Virus record (IMG/VR): IMGVR_UViG_3300033148_003679
Location: 1-64,000 of that record
Origin: a virus
DNA: 64,000 bases
Strand: one strand, 5' to 3'
The notes beneath the pieces are model-generated. The model saw only the letters and a list, made by a program, of their open reading frames with translations. It had not been told where the DNA came from and did no database searches. The position numbers and the translations under genes are program-made. Below are positions 50,447-61,925 of the stretch, piece after piece. How positions within the stretch are numbered: position 1 is the first letter of the stretch; the number at the start of each line of letters is the position of its first letter.

Positions 50447-50998
50447 ATGAAAATAATTGATCTTACAGGAAAACGGTTTGGTAAACTTGTCGTGTTAGGC
50501 ATGTTGCCGAAATCCGGAAAAGGTATACCGATAAAATGGGAATGTCAATGCGATTGTGGTAACATTACGTCTGCGTTGGGTGGTAATCTACGTGGCGGTA
50601 GACGTGTATCGTGCGGGTTATGTAAACTCGAAAGAAAACGTGGGCCGGATTCGCCACTTTTTATAGACCGTGTAGGTGAACGGCACGGAAAACTTACTGT
50701 AAAGAAGTATGAAGGGGTTGTTACGACTAAAAGTAATAGACGTATACACCAATGGTTATGTCAATGCGATTGCGGTCAATATCGTATAGTTGGAAGTCCG
50801 TCACTCCGTAAGGTATCGTCTTGTAAGGCGTGTACACATAAACTTAAACCGCATGAAGTTAAGTTTATTAGAGAGAAGTACCAGAAAGGTGATAGAGAGT
50901 ATGGCGGAGCGGGGTTGGCGAAGACTTTTGGTATAAGCGAAAGTTATGTTAGTAGGATTATGAAAGGCACTAGATTGAACGGAGCGATGTATGAATAA
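50447..50998 (+). CDS. Homing-endonuclease-associated Cys repeat protein with C-terminal HTH
   Basis: Two DLTGKRFGKL...W.CQCDCG repeats; LAKTFGISESYVSRI. Confidence 0.7.
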   Translation: MKIIDLTGKRFGKLVVLGMLPKSGKGIPIKWECQCDCGNITSALGGNLRGGRRVSCGLCKLERKRGPDSPLFIDRVGERHGKLTVKKYEGVVTTKSNRRIHQWLCQCDCGQYRIVGSPSLRKVSSCKACTHKLKPHEVKFIREKYQKGDREYGGAGLAKTFGISESYVSRIMKGTRLNGAMYE

Positions 50999-51193
50999 GA
51001 GTTTAATCTCAGCATTTTTGTTAATAGTTCTGTTCTTATACCTGGTTATGTACGTTACGAAAATGTTTATGAAATGAGGGGTTGGGTATAAAAGAAAAGT
51101 ACTGGTATTAGAAGTCGGTATTAGACCGAGGCGCGAAAATCGTTGAATGTTATATGTAAGTAGTATACAGGTTATAGAGATGTTTACGAGATA

Positions 51194-51919
51194 ATGGCAA
51201 CCAAAAAGTCTGTCAAAAAGTCTAAACGCAAGTCTGTGAAACGTAAACGAGGTACAAAGTCTCGGCCAAAAGGCGTTGCGTCTTATGCAAGAACTTCATG
51301 GACTCAAAACATGTTTGAATCTCCTGTTTCTATACCAAAAGGATTTATACTTGCAATTGACACCGCTGAACAGAAACCTTTGTTTATACCAAAACGAATT
51401 GCAGACGGTGAACAGATTGTTTTACCGTCCGGGTTAACATGTCAAGGTAGAGTTCTGCCAGACGGCGATTATAGTGTAATAGGATTGGAACGGGTAGTAG
51501 CCGTTGAACTTAAACGAATGAGTGACATGTTGTTGTATATAGGGAAAGAACGAATAGCTAAAACTATCCCGAAACTCAGACGGTTACAGAACTATTGGTG
51601 GGCGGCTGTAGTTGTCCAAGAGTCAGAACGTGACATTATATCTGTTAATACAATATACGAGACGCAGATGACACCTAATAAGGTACGCGGTTTTTTTCGG
51701 TCACTTCATGTTCATTACGGTATTCATAGCTATTTTAATCGAGAAGCAGAACGATGCGAATACTGGATACTAGAACACTTGACTTATGCCTTTACAAAAC
51801 TGTTAAAACAAGAATGCCAAGATTTGTGGCGTCGAAAACGAGATGGTATAATTGCTGCTACAGATTATGTTCCGCTTCCTGAACCGTCTGTACGCGGTAA
51901 GAATGTTGGTTGGAAATGA
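51194..51919 (+). CDS. ERCC4-domain nuclease (resolvase-like)
   Basis: IDTAEQKP, LPDGDYS and VELKRMSD. Confidence 0.8.
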   Translation: MATKKSVKKSKRKSVKRKRGTKSRPKGVASYARTSWTQNMFESPVSIPKGFILAIDTAEQKPLFIPKRIADGEQIVLPSGLTCQGRVLPDGDYSVIGLERVVAVELKRMSDMLLYIGKERIAKTIPKLRRLQNYWWAAVVVQESERDIISVNTIYETQMTPNKVRGFFRSLHVHYGIHSYFNREAERCEYWILEHLTYAFTKLLKQECQDLWRRKRDGIIAATDYVPLPEPSVRGKNVGWK

Positions 51920-52488
51920 TTGGAACGTAGACGGATGAAACGGAATGGTATAAATATGAGCAAAAATGATAAAGATAAGGGAATGAAGTTTGTTGTACAT
52001 ACCAATGATGGCAGGAAAAAGATACGAGATTGTTGTACTTATGCGTCCATATCCGAAACCTTTTTATTAACATTAGCTGGAACGGAAGTTAACGTAATAC
52101 CTGTCAAAAACATTGTACTCTTACAAGCATTTAGATGTACTGTAACACATAAGTATAGTGCTGACCAGATTATATTCGAGCCCGTGCAACTAAATTCAAA
52201 TTCTTAGCATAGAGTATATGGGAAAGGAACTTAGCTGATGGGTATAAGGGACGTAGCGCGTACAGATTTCATGTCAAAACAAACTGTGCCAGAACTTAAC
52301 GCAAAAGAAATGGCAGCGGCTAACGAATGTGCCGAAGTTCTTCGTACAGTAGCAGACAATAAACGCGGATTATATATATGGGAGATTTGTAACGAGTATG
52401 ATGTAGACCATCATAAAATTGCCAGACATCTTGCACAGAGAGCTAACAGTAGACGTGCTAAGAATAAATTATAAGGATAGAAAATGCC

Positions 52489-53067
52489 ATGGCCAAAAGA
52501 AAATCAATTGCAGATAATGCTAACATGGAATTTATAACCGATTCCGGTTGGGATAAAGGGACACAACGGCGGGAACATTTGAGAGGTAAAGTAATAAACG
52601 CTTTTAGAAAAGGAGTTGTAGCTTCTGATAAAAGAGGCCATTTTCAGCAGATAGGATTCAAAATCCAACCTATTTTTATAGATCTTCTACATAAAGTGGC
52701 TGGTATAATGCCGGACGCTTTCTGGTATCGGAAAGGTCGAAAATCTCAGTCTGCTATTTATAGAACCATTTTTGTTATAGGTATCGAGACGGCGTTGAAT
52801 TATGTGGAAGAAGAAGGGTTGTTAGACGATCCTGCTCTTAAAGAGATACATGACCAGCTCGAAACTGCCGAAACGTTGTCTGCTATTGTAAATATAGCGG
52901 AACAACGGCAGGAAGTCGAAGCGTTACAAAAACGGTTACTTTCCAGCGCGAACATAAATGAGATAAGTCAACATGGCCCTAGATTGGCTCGTAGTATTAA
53001 GACCTTGAATGAGATTGAAGATGGGTTGGTCGAGATGCTGGGTACTAAAGGTAACGCACGGAAATAG
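52489..53067 (+). CDS. Hypothetical protein
   Basis: 192-aa ORF in the operon. Confidence 0.55.
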   Translation: MAKRKSIADNANMEFITDSGWDKGTQRREHLRGKVINAFRKGVVASDKRGHFQQIGFKIQPIFIDLLHKVAGIMPDAFWYRKGRKSQSAIYRTIFVIGIETALNYVEEEGLLDDPALKEIHDQLETAETLSAIVNIAEQRQEVEALQKRLLSSANINEISQHGPRLARSIKTLNEIEDGLVEMLGTKGNARK

Positions 53068-53078
53068 GTAAACCAAGC

Positions 53079-53462
53079 ATGAATTTTCGTAGTCCTCTCA
53101 GTGTAATCCGCCATTTCTGTCTTTCATGTACTGGTGGCGGTATAAAAGATATACGAGAATGTACTGGTAACAGACCGTTTGGCAGCAGACATGCTCCTTG
53201 TATTTTGTACCCGTACCGTATGGGACACAGGCCGGGACGATGGGATACAACACTTTTTGGCAAACGGTATAGTGCTAGACGAGCTATACAACTAGAATGT
53301 AAACGGTGTCAGAATACACGAGAGCGCGACGTTGTACTTGATTGTACGAGCCAAGACTGTCCGTTATGGAAATGGCGGTTAGGCACTCCACCCGAGTATA
53401 AGAAACGTATTGATAAAGAGCGGTTACAAAAACATGCTCGGTCAATCCGCCAGAAGAAGTGA
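53079..53462 (+). CDS. Protein with a duplicated Zn-finger-like motif
   Basis: IRHFCLSC...C...CILYPYRMG and IQLECKRC...C...CPLWKWRLG. Confidence 0.6.
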   Translation: MNFRSPLSVIRHFCLSCTGGGIKDIRECTGNRPFGSRHAPCILYPYRMGHRPGRWDTTLFGKRYSARRAIQLECKRCQNTRERDVVLDCTSQDCPLWKWRLGTPPEYKKRIDKERLQKHARSIRQKK

Positions 53463-54440
53463 AAAGTCTGTTACTTTCATGTCAAAAAACGCCACTGTTA
53501 CAAGAGATATTGGCGTAGAATCCATTTTTATTGAGAAAAGGTAGTAGGACACTACGGAAAGGCGCGTCTCGGAAATTAGGGCAAATTAGGGTAAGGCAAA
53601 GAGTGGTTGGATACAGAAAAAAGGAACGGTATGGAAAGGTGGCGTTTCGGAAATTGATATAGAGCGTTCATGAATACTATGTAAATCGAACTATATAGAT
53701 ATGAAGAATAAAAAAAGATAATGAAACGCATTAAACAAGTAAAGCCGAAAAAGCGACAAATGAAGTCTAATAAGCCTGCACGGGACTCGGAAATAGTGAT
53801 TTCCAGAAACGGTACAGAGTATCAAGTTGCTCCGTCTGGTTCATGGCATAGAATCACTCGTAAACTCAGCAAAAGACAGGTTAGAGAACGAGAGGCAAGA
53901 CGGTTGACACAACTGCAAGAATCAAAGCACAGGTTAGGCCTTGACAAAGACAATAATAGTGATGGTCATAAAGATAAAGAAGATAAAGGAGTAGAATAAG
54001 GTTACCGAGCATGAAAAAGCAAAATGATAACTTCATGAGCAAGTATACAACATCTAATACCATACCTACGTTATAAATTAAATGATAACTTATAACCTGA
54101 TTTTTCAGGTTACCAGTCTTTAGACCCACTGATATAGGACGAAAAGTCGTGGATAACTTGGAACAGAAGTTTTCAAGTACATTTTTTAGCATTACGGTCA
54201 ACAGTAAACAAGAGTTTTTGTAAACTATCGCGTTTAGTTTTCTGAACATAGGAAGGATTTGGTAACTACTATGCTGGGTTTTCCTTACTTTTGTCTACAG
54301 AGAATAGTAGTTGTAAACTTAAGCGAGAAGTTAGATAACTTGGCCGATACATGTTATATAACAACGGCGAAATGTTTACCTGTCTGTAACCAAGAAAAAG
54401 GGTGGATGTCTGTCAATAGTAAACCAGGAGAAATAGCAGG

Positions 54441-56108
54441 GTGATAGAACAGATAGAACAAAAAGGTCTCGACATTTCCGCCGATATAATTGAAGAGACG
54501 CGTAAATCTTTCTCGAATTTTCGGGACAAGGAGTATAGACCTTATCAGCGTGAAGCGATAGAGTTTATAATGAATAGCAACAAAAAGGTTACCGTAATAG
54601 AAGTTCCTACCGGTTCGGGCAAGTCGCTTTCTGGTATGGTAGCTGGCAAAATGTGGGGTGATATGATATATCTGTGTTCCAGTATTCCACTCCAACACCA
54701 GCTCCAGCATGATTTCCCGGAAGCCGAGATGTTGAAAGGTCGGTCAAATTATCCATGCTTGCGGTTGCCGGTAAAAGGTATGAGCGCGGCAGATTGTAAT
54801 CATAGCAAATCTAATCCTTGCGTGTTCAAGGGTAGTACATGTCCATATCATAGACAGAAAGAAATTGTATTAGCACATCCATTACGAATACTCAACTATT
54901 ACTATTGGCTGAACGAGTGTTTTCATGTCGGCAGGTTTAAGGACAAAAATAAAAAGCGAATAATTATTGCTGATGAAGCCGACACTTTTGAAGATATAAT
55001 GTTGGATTTCGTGAGTTTAACATTTTCATCTTATGTTCTTTCCAGATACAACATTCCGATACCAGAACGGTTAACAGCTACAGATGGTCGGGTATCGTAT
55101 TGGGTTGATTGGGCCGAGACTGTGAAGAATAAAATGGACGATTATTTTGCCGGTCTTGCTCTTAGAATCGAAGTGTTGGAAGAAGATGGAGAAATAGAAT
55201 CGCCGGAAGCTGTTGACGTGTTAAAGGAATATAAACAAGTTGAATCGATATTAACGCAACTGTCAATGTTTCTAAGTTATGTGGATGATACATGGATATT
55301 TGACCGGCAAAAACGAAAACATGGCGAGTATTGGACGTTTAAGCCAACATGGATTTCGTCTAAAATAGCTGAAAAGTTTTTTCTCGATAATGGTTCAAAA
55401 TTCGTTTTAATGAGCGCACATCTACCGCCACTTAAAGTTCTATCCCAGATGCTCGGTATAAAGCTGGTAGATATGGATTATTTTTCTGCACCGTCCCTGT
55501 TTGTTCCTGAACGACGTAGAATATTTTTGCAGCCTGTTGCCAGTTTAACCAATAGAACATGGGATACATCGTTACCATCTATTCTCAAATATATAGAGAT
55601 GTTAGCTGAACGATATATGAATTACAAAGGACTTATCCATACAGTAAGCTATAAACTGCGTGACGCCATTATGGCTCTCAACAATCCACGGTTTATAACC
55701 CACGAAGGGGCAAAAGATCGCGTTGAAATGTTGAAAAAGTTTGAGCAGTCGCCCGATCCTTTAGTCATGGTCTCGCCGTCAATGGAACGTGGAATAAGTC
55801 TTGAACACGAAAAGTGTCGATGGATCGTGTGGCCGAAAGCACCTTGGCTGAATAAAGGTGATAAACAGGTAAAAGCGCGGTTGTATACGGGTGGTAAAAA
55901 CGGTATAGGCCAAGAATGGTATAATGCCATGATGGCCGCAAGTGTCGTCCAAGGATGTGGCCGTGGCACTCGGTTCGATACAGATTGGTGTGATAGTTGG
56001 TTGTTAGACCAACAGATATATAACTTGGTGACAGGAAAATATAGTTGCGAATATTTCCCGCCATGGTTTAGAAACGCGTTGGTGTACCCTTCGACAAAAA
56101 ACAAGTAA
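54441..56108 (+). CDS. DinG/XPD-family helicase with Fe-S cluster
   Basis: YRPYQ, PTGSGKS, KGRSNYPC...C...C...CPY, DEAD, MSA and QGCGRGTR. Confidence 0.88.
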   Translation: MIEQIEQKGLDISADIIEETRKSFSNFRDKEYRPYQREAIEFIMNSNKKVTVIEVPTGSGKSLSGMVAGKMWGDMIYLCSSIPLQHQLQHDFPEAEMLKGRSNYPCLRLPVKGMSAADCNHSKSNPCVFKGSTCPYHRQKEIVLAHPLRILNYYYWLNECFHVGRFKDKNKKRIIIADEADTFEDIMLDFVSLTFSSYVLSRYNIPIPERLTATDGRVSYWVDWAETVKNKMDDYFAGLALRIEVLEEDGEIESPEAVDVLKEYKQVESILTQLSMFLSYVDDTWIFDRQKRKHGEYWTFKPTWISSKIAEKFFLDNGSKFVLMSAHLPPLKVLSQMLGIKLVDMDYFSAPSLFVPERRRIFLQPVASLTNRTWDTSLPSILKYIEMLAERYMNYKGLIHTVSYKLRDAIMALNNPRFITHEGAKDRVEMLKKFEQSPDPLVMVSPSMERGISLEHEKCRWIVWPKAPWLNKGDKQVKARLYTGGKNGIGQEWYNAMMAASVVQGCGRGTRFDTDWCDSWLLDQQIYNLVTGKYSCEYFPPWFRNALVYPSTKNK

Positions 56109-56345
56109 AAAGTGTTGAGAAGGAGGTTAAAATGAATTGTGGTCTACTACGCTTCATGACAAGTACCTTATACTTGGTAGTCTTAGTTGTTTTGGTTGTG
56201 GCAATCCTGTTTTTACTTACTCCTATAATAGCGGTTGGCTTAATCTTTGGCGTTCCTATACTAATTGTCTGTGCACTTATTGTAGGATGGTCACAGCTAA
56301 TATCATGGGCACTTGAACTAAACGAAAAAAAGTCTTGAAAGGGGG

Positions 56346-56375
56346 TTGACAAACCGCTCTTATTTATGGTATAAT
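56346..56375 (+). promoter_or_regulatory. Sigma70 promoter
   Basis: TTGACA-18-TATAAT. Confidence 0.75.
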
Positions 56376-56929
56376 AGAATGTTGAAAGTTAATGAGGGAA
56401 GAAAAAAGTTGTGAGTAATCAGAAAGGAAATCTTTGATGAGTAACAACGGACAAGATATGTCTCTTGCAAATCTTCAACGGCAATCCACTATGGACGTCG
56501 AATCACATTATAGACTACAGGCAGTTAAATGTCGAGATGACGAGGTTCTTCTGGCAATTATCGTGGCGCAAACTGGTGACCAAATGAAAATGGCTACCAA
56601 AATGATTAAAATTGACAAGAAGTTTGCGAAACTGGCACAAGACGATGGTATGATGTTCCAAATCGCTATTCTTCCATATGGTGTTCTTTGTCTATGGGGG
56701 TCGTTGTACGGAACACTTTTAGAAGAATGGCAGGTTGCGCTCATAAACGGGGTAAAAGGCGATACAATAAAATCTGTTATAGAAAATGTGGTGTCCGCCT
56801 TGCATATTGCTAAGCTCAACAAAAAGGTCGGACAAGGTGACGGGAATGAAGATGGTGATAAAACAGATGAAGACGATCAAACGGATAACGAGAAGTTTCC
56901 ACATCTTATTGTATGAAAGGTGAAACGAG

Positions 56930-57283
56930 ATGAAGTTCCCGAAAGTTCTTAAAGAATTGGGTGCATGTTTTGAAGGACAAGACTGGGTCGGCTACCATGG
57001 CATGAAATGGGCTTGGGAAAACTGCGAATATCCTGGATGGATGCTATGGTTTCTATATAGAGTTTGTGAAATAATCGCGGACGAATTTTCTTCATGGCCA
57101 GAATTATCACAGATTGAAGATTTGGAGGTCAAGATTGAGCTTAAGTATTCGATGCCACGTTCAACACCTTTTCGTCCATGGTATCTCGATTGCAGCGGTC
57201 CTGAAAACGAATATGCGTGTAACTATATTCGTAAACATGTAAAGTTGGGCAAACTATCGGAAGTGGTTAGAGCGATAAAATAA
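56930..57283 (+). CDS. Conserved phage hypothetical protein
   Basis: LGAC.EG..W and AWENC....WMLW. Confidence 0.55.
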   Translation: MKFPKVLKELGACFEGQDWVGYHGMKWAWENCEYPGWMLWFLYRVCEIIADEFSSWPELSQIEDLEVKIELKYSMPRSTPFRPWYLDCSGPENEYACNYIRKHVKLGKLSEVVRAIK

Positions 57284-57294
57284 GGGTATGGGGC

Positions 57295-57639
57295 ATGACA
57301 AATAAACGACTTCTAGTATATGTTGCAGGGCCATACTCTGCTCGATGGTGGTGGCAGAAACTATGGAACGTCTGGCAGGCATGGCGGGTTGCAAGAGATG
57401 TATGGCAACATGGACATATGGCACATTGTACTTATATCGAGACTGTGTTTCTGGACAATGTTATGTCGCATGACGAATGGTTGACACGAGATTTGGTTAT
57501 CCTTACTCGATGTGACGCTATGATAATGTGTCCAAGATGGAGAACGAGTAAAGGTGCTGTAAAAGAACATAACTTTGCTGTTGAACGAAACATGCCAATC
57601 TTTTATAATGCCGATAGATCGCCGAAAGTAGATGGATAA
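57295..57639 (+). CDS. DUF4406/DUF1937-like (nucleoside deoxyribosyltransferase fold)
   Basis: VYVAGPYS, LTRCDA and WRTSKGAVKEHNFA. Confidence 0.8.
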   Translation: MTNKRLLVYVAGPYSARWWWQKLWNVWQAWRVARDVWQHGHMAHCTYIETVFLDNVMSHDEWLTRDLVILTRCDAMIMCPRWRTSKGAVKEHNFAVERNMPIFYNADRSPKVDG

Positions 57640-58602
57640 TGAAAAAGATTACAATCAATAGACTAATAGCAGATAACCGAGTAGAATCGTCAACCATAAA
57701 GTTGCCTGACAGTATTGATCCCGTTACTTTTATCGAGTTTATACATTTTATGGCAGACGGGTTACGGCATGGAGAAGAAACGTATGGGGCTATGTCGTAT
57801 ATGAACAAAAATTTGCAGGATGAAATAGGAGAAGAATGGCGGGATACTGCAACTTGGGCGTTTCTCGGATGGGACAGAATGAGACGAATACAAGATAGTA
57901 GAGAAGAGTAAAGGAATAATACATTGTCTAGTATATTAGAAATGAATAGAGAAGATTTTGAGAATGTACCGTGTTGTGAGGAAAAATATAAGACAACATC
58001 GCCCAGGATGATTTGCGATAGTCTTGTTATTCTGCCAATAGAATATCGACCTAAAAACTCTAGCGGATTTGGATATGTAGATGTTATAGCTGTGCGAGGT
58101 GAAGAAGCTGTTTGTCGGTATAAAGGCGGAGTTGATATGTTGAATATGGTGAACAAAAGTCCGTCCCAAAACATGAAAATTGTATGTGGTTCTTTCCAAG
58201 CATACAAAGCGTATAGCCCGGCAGATTGGGCCATAGACTTTTTGCCTATAAGTGGTTTAGTACGGATACACCCTCTTGTTCATCGTATACTCTGTGTTCC
58301 AACATTAACCACGCTTATGTTATATCCAGTAGAATGGGAGGAAGGATACGACGATGGCAATTTGTGTTAGATGTAGTCAATGTGACAGGATATTAGTAGT
58401 AGAGCAGTGTGAGATCAATGACAATGGCGACATTAGTCTGGCTGTTGAACCTTGTCCCGGCTATTTTCTTGAAGGGTATAAAGCTGGATGTAAGATTTGT
58501 GAGTTTGGCAAGATATATGAAGTTGATAAGATTACTAAAGATTTAACAATGGCGTTAGGCAGGTGGAGCGAAGGAAAACCTGGGAAAGTGGAGAATAGTT
58601 AA

Positions 58603-59343
58603 ATGAACTCAAAACCACTTACAAGACAAGAAGTTCTTGCTGTCGTATGGTCTAAAAAATATGGAACACGGAGCGATTTTCGAGGGAGAAATCTGCGGGG
58701 AATTGACTTATCTTATGGAAATTTGAGTTATATTGATTTACAACAGGCAGACTTATGCAATGCAAATTTACGAAACGTTAACTTGTATAAAGCAAATTTG
58801 CGCAACGCAAACTTACAGTATGCTAATTTACGATACGCCACATTACAGCATAGTCATTTGTTTAATGCCGATTTATTTAATGCAAATTTACAAAATGCAA
58901 ACTTGCAATGTGTCAACTTGCAAGATGCTATATTGCAGTACGCCAATTTATCCGGTGCCAATTTGAGTGGTGCTAAAGGGTTACTAGATTCAAGTACATT
59001 TTTGACAAAACATTTTGCTTCGGACGATTTTGGTATAATTGTATACAAAATCTTTGGCAGAATGTTTTATTCTAAACCAGATTATTGGCAAGAAAAAATC
59101 GGGGCTGTAATAGAAGAGGTCGTAGATTCGTGCCGTACTATAGATTGTGGATGCGGGATAAACTGTGCAACATGGGAATGGTGCCAGATTCTTAAAGCGT
59201 GGAGGGATACAAGGATGATAGATACAAGGATATGGAAATGCAGGATTCGATGGATAGATTTGGCTGATGTTGTTGTGCCGTATAATACAGATGGAAAGAT
59301 ACGGTGCGGTAGATTAGAGTTGATTGAAAGAGTTGGGATGTGA
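58603..59343 (+). CDS. Pentapeptide repeat protein
   Basis: Tandem A(N/D)L repeats; C-terminal CGCGIN...VPYNTDGKIRC. Confidence 0.9.
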   Translation: MNSKPLTRQEVLAVVWSKKYGTRSDFRGRNLRGIDLSYGNLSYIDLQQADLCNANLRNVNLYKANLRNANLQYANLRYATLQHSHLFNADLFNANLQNANLQCVNLQDAILQYANLSGANLSGAKGLLDSSTFLTKHFASDDFGIIVYKIFGRMFYSKPDYWQEKIGAVIEEVVDSCRTIDCGCGINCATWEWCQILKAWRDTRMIDTRIWKCRIRWIDLADVVVPYNTDGKIRCGRLELIERVGM

Positions 59344-60094
59344 ATGGAACAGTGGGAATGGTCGGGAAAGAAATAGATATGGCGGTATTGAAATTGAAGC
59401 AAAGAGCATGAATGGAATAACAGAAAATGTTTACAACAATAGAATGCGTTAAATGCGGTGGTGACGTGAAAGTTGAAAGTTGTCAGATAGATGCTCATGG
59501 AGACATTACGGTTTTATTGTCTCCGTGCAAACAGTGTGTCAAAGAAGCAAAGCAAGAGGGGTATGGCAAAGGGTTCTTACATGGATCGTGTCCTCCTCTT
59601 CCCCCTAGGACGCGACAAAGAGAACGCGATAAGGACAGCAAGTCCGAGCCTGTCGCGGCATATTATGGTGTACGTGATAAAGAAGGGAGATGGTGGAATA
59701 GAGATACTTTGCTGGCAAAGAACCCTTACTTACTCGATCATGCTACTGCCGCGCAGGAGATAATTAACCAGCAGACATATGGATTTGTTACCTGTATGAA
59801 GCCCAAGATTATCGCTTTTGACAAGGACAGGCAGGAGATTGTCGGAGCTGATGAAACCGTATGGCGCGGGTGAAGGAGAGAACGAATGAGCAAACCGAAA
59901 CCAGAAGAGACGTTGAGCGACGGGACGGTCGTGGTGCTTGAGGGTTACACATGGCGTAGAGCTTTGTACGATGATGGTTATGGTGCGCTACGAATCGACG
60001 AACAGGCTGCGGAATCGGCATGTGATGCAGACGAACAAGTTGTAGAAGTCTGGGTAGCAAAGGCAGAGGCGAATGAAGAGAAGGAGGCAGAGAC

Positions 60095-60469
60095 ATGAAG
60101 ATTAAAGAGGGATTAGACGCGGATTGGCAACAATACGTTGAAGTTAATAGCGATCTTTATGGATCTGCTACTGTACAGTATGCTCAACGGTGGGCAGAAC
60201 TGATGGAAGAACGAATGAGTGCCGGTGAATCCATCGCAGAGGGAATGGCTAAAGAAACTTCGCATGCGGCAGATACGGATGGGATTACAGTTTTTATGTA
60301 TGGTGCCGCTGTAAGTATCTTGTCCCATTTCTGGGAGTACGGAGAAGAGTTGCGGCAATGGCATAACCTTTCCACTCAAATTGGTGATGAGGGCGAGAAA
60401 GCGAATGAAGATGGAGAGGTTTTGAATCCAGCGTTGTTAAGTTTTGGAAAGGCAAACGCGAGCAAGTAA
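60095..60469 (+). CDS. Conserved phage hypothetical protein
   Basis: DGITVFMYGAAVSIL...WEYGEELRQWHN...VLNPA. Confidence 0.6.
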   Translation: MKIKEGLDADWQQYVEVNSDLYGSATVQYAQRWAELMEERMSAGESIAEGMAKETSHAADTDGITVFMYGAAVSILSHFWEYGEELRQWHNLSTQIGDEGEKANEDGEVLNPALLSFGKANASK

Positions 60470-60481
60470 GGAGATCGAGAA

Positions 60482-61039
60482 ATGAAGAAGTCGAAAGTTG
60501 TAGTGATAGGTGTTGCAGTTCTGGTTGGAGCGGTGCTTGGATTTGGCTGGGCGTGGCTGCCGGGCGGGTTGGAGTATCGGGCTGCCCAGGCGCAAGCCGA
60601 ACCAGAGTTGCCGGCCAACACGAAACTGACAAGTCAGGCGGTCGATATTGTCGTTCGGGTCGCTGCCGATCTGTCAGCCCGATATGACGTCGATAAAGTC
60701 AACATCTATGTTCAGCCGCTCGGCGGCGACTGGGAACTGATATACACGGAAGAAAACGTGTTGCCAGGCGATGAGGTGCCGTTTACCGTCAATATGGCTG
60801 AAGGTACAGTCTGGTTGGTTGGCGCGACGTTGGTTGACCCCGCAGGCAAAGAAAGTGTGATGAAAGGTACATTGCGTTATCCCGGACAAGACGAGCCTCT
60901 GTACCTAGAATGGGACACGACTCCGCCGCCAGCACCTGATGTACTGTTACTTGGCTCGGCAGACGTGAACGGCGACAAGTTTGTGAACGCTATTGACATC
61001 CAGCTTGTAATCAACGCGGTATTGGGATACGTTGCGTAA
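60482..61039 (+). CDS. Exported protein with C-terminal dockerin-like / EF-hand repeat
   Basis: N-terminal signal or TM segment; ADVNGDKFVNAIDIQLVINAVLG. Confidence 0.7.
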   Translation: MKKSKVVVIGVAVLVGAVLGFGWAWLPGGLEYRAAQAQAEPELPANTKLTSQAVDIVVRVAADLSARYDVDKVNIYVQPLGGDWELIYTEENVLPGDEVPFTVNMAEGTVWLVGATLVDPAGKESVMKGTLRYPGQDEPLYLEWDTTPPPAPDVLLLGSADVNGDKFVNAIDIQLVINAVLGYVA

Positions 61040-61073
61040 AAGAATTTAAGAGAAGTGCGCGAAAGGAATAAAA

Positions 61074-61244
61074 ATGAAACCATATCTGTTGGACGATGAA
61101 CCTGTAACATCAAATGAGCTTATTGACGCTGCAAGGCGAATTGATCCCGTCTTCGGTCAAGATGGATTTCTAACAACTTCTGGTGCCGCACGCATACTTA
61201 GAAGTGCTGGCTATGAAGTAGAAGAAAACGAGAGGCACACATGA
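61074..61244 (+). CDS. Small hypothetical protein (56 aa, not in the ORF track)
   Basis: AAGGA RBS; MKPYLLDDEP...ERHT. Confidence 0.55.
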   Translation: MKPYLLDDEPVTSNELIDAARRIDPVFGQDGFLTTSGAARILRSAGYEVEENERHT

Positions 61245-61388
61245 ACGGAATAGACACCGATAAACATAGCGGCGGTTGACATCCAACTCGTAATCAACGC
61301 TGCACTGGGGTACGCGTAAATAATGATTCTGTTTTACGAACAATGGTGACCGGCTTCGCCAACTGACGTTCACATTAGACTGAACCCG

Positions 61389-61895
61389 TTGTTCGCGCAT
61401 AAAAAGGAGAGACTCATGATGCGGTATATCATAACGCAAGCGCATCTTGACGCTGCTCGAAACGCACATGCATGCGAGTCCAGGCTGAACCTATACCATG
61501 CTGGCGACAACCTGTTTGACAAACTGACGTACGACGATGCGGTTTGGATTGAAGATAATTTGCCGGGCAATGCAAAATCGATATTGAATGCTTTCGGCGT
61601 ACCGCTTTACGCTATGGCGCGCGACGGCTGCGGCTACGGCCACGGTTACGGCTACGGCGACGGCAATGGCTATGGCTATGGTTACAGCTCCGGCGACGGT
61701 TACGGCTACGGCTATGGCTATGGCTACGGCGACGGCTCCGGCTCCGGCTCCGGCGACGGTTACGGCTACGGCTATGGCGACGGCTACAGCTCCGGTTCCG
61801 GCTTCGGTTCCGGCTTCGGCCACGGCTCCGGCTCCGGCTACGGCTATGGCGACGGCTATGGCGACGGCTACGGCTATAGCTACTGCGACAATTAA
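61389..61895 (+). CDS. Gly/Tyr-rich repeat protein, paralog 1
   Basis: GYGYGDG repeats. Likely start is MMRYIITQ. Confidence 0.75.
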   Translation: MFAHKKERLMMRYIITQAHLDAARNAHACESRLNLYHAGDNLFDKLTYDDAVWIEDNLPGNAKSILNAFGVPLYAMARDGCGYGHGYGYGDGNGYGYGYSSGDGYGYGYGYGYGDGSGSGSGDGYGYGYGDGYSSGSGFGSGFGHGSGSGYGYGDGYGDGYGYSYCDN

Positions 61896-61925
61896 CATCG
61901 GGTTTGTGATCAACGCGGTGCCGGG

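Noticed and set aside
54000-54440. AT-rich gap upstream of the helicase as a replication origin
   Set aside because: Only one imperfect DnaA-like box (about 54149) and no clear iterons, so support is insufficient.
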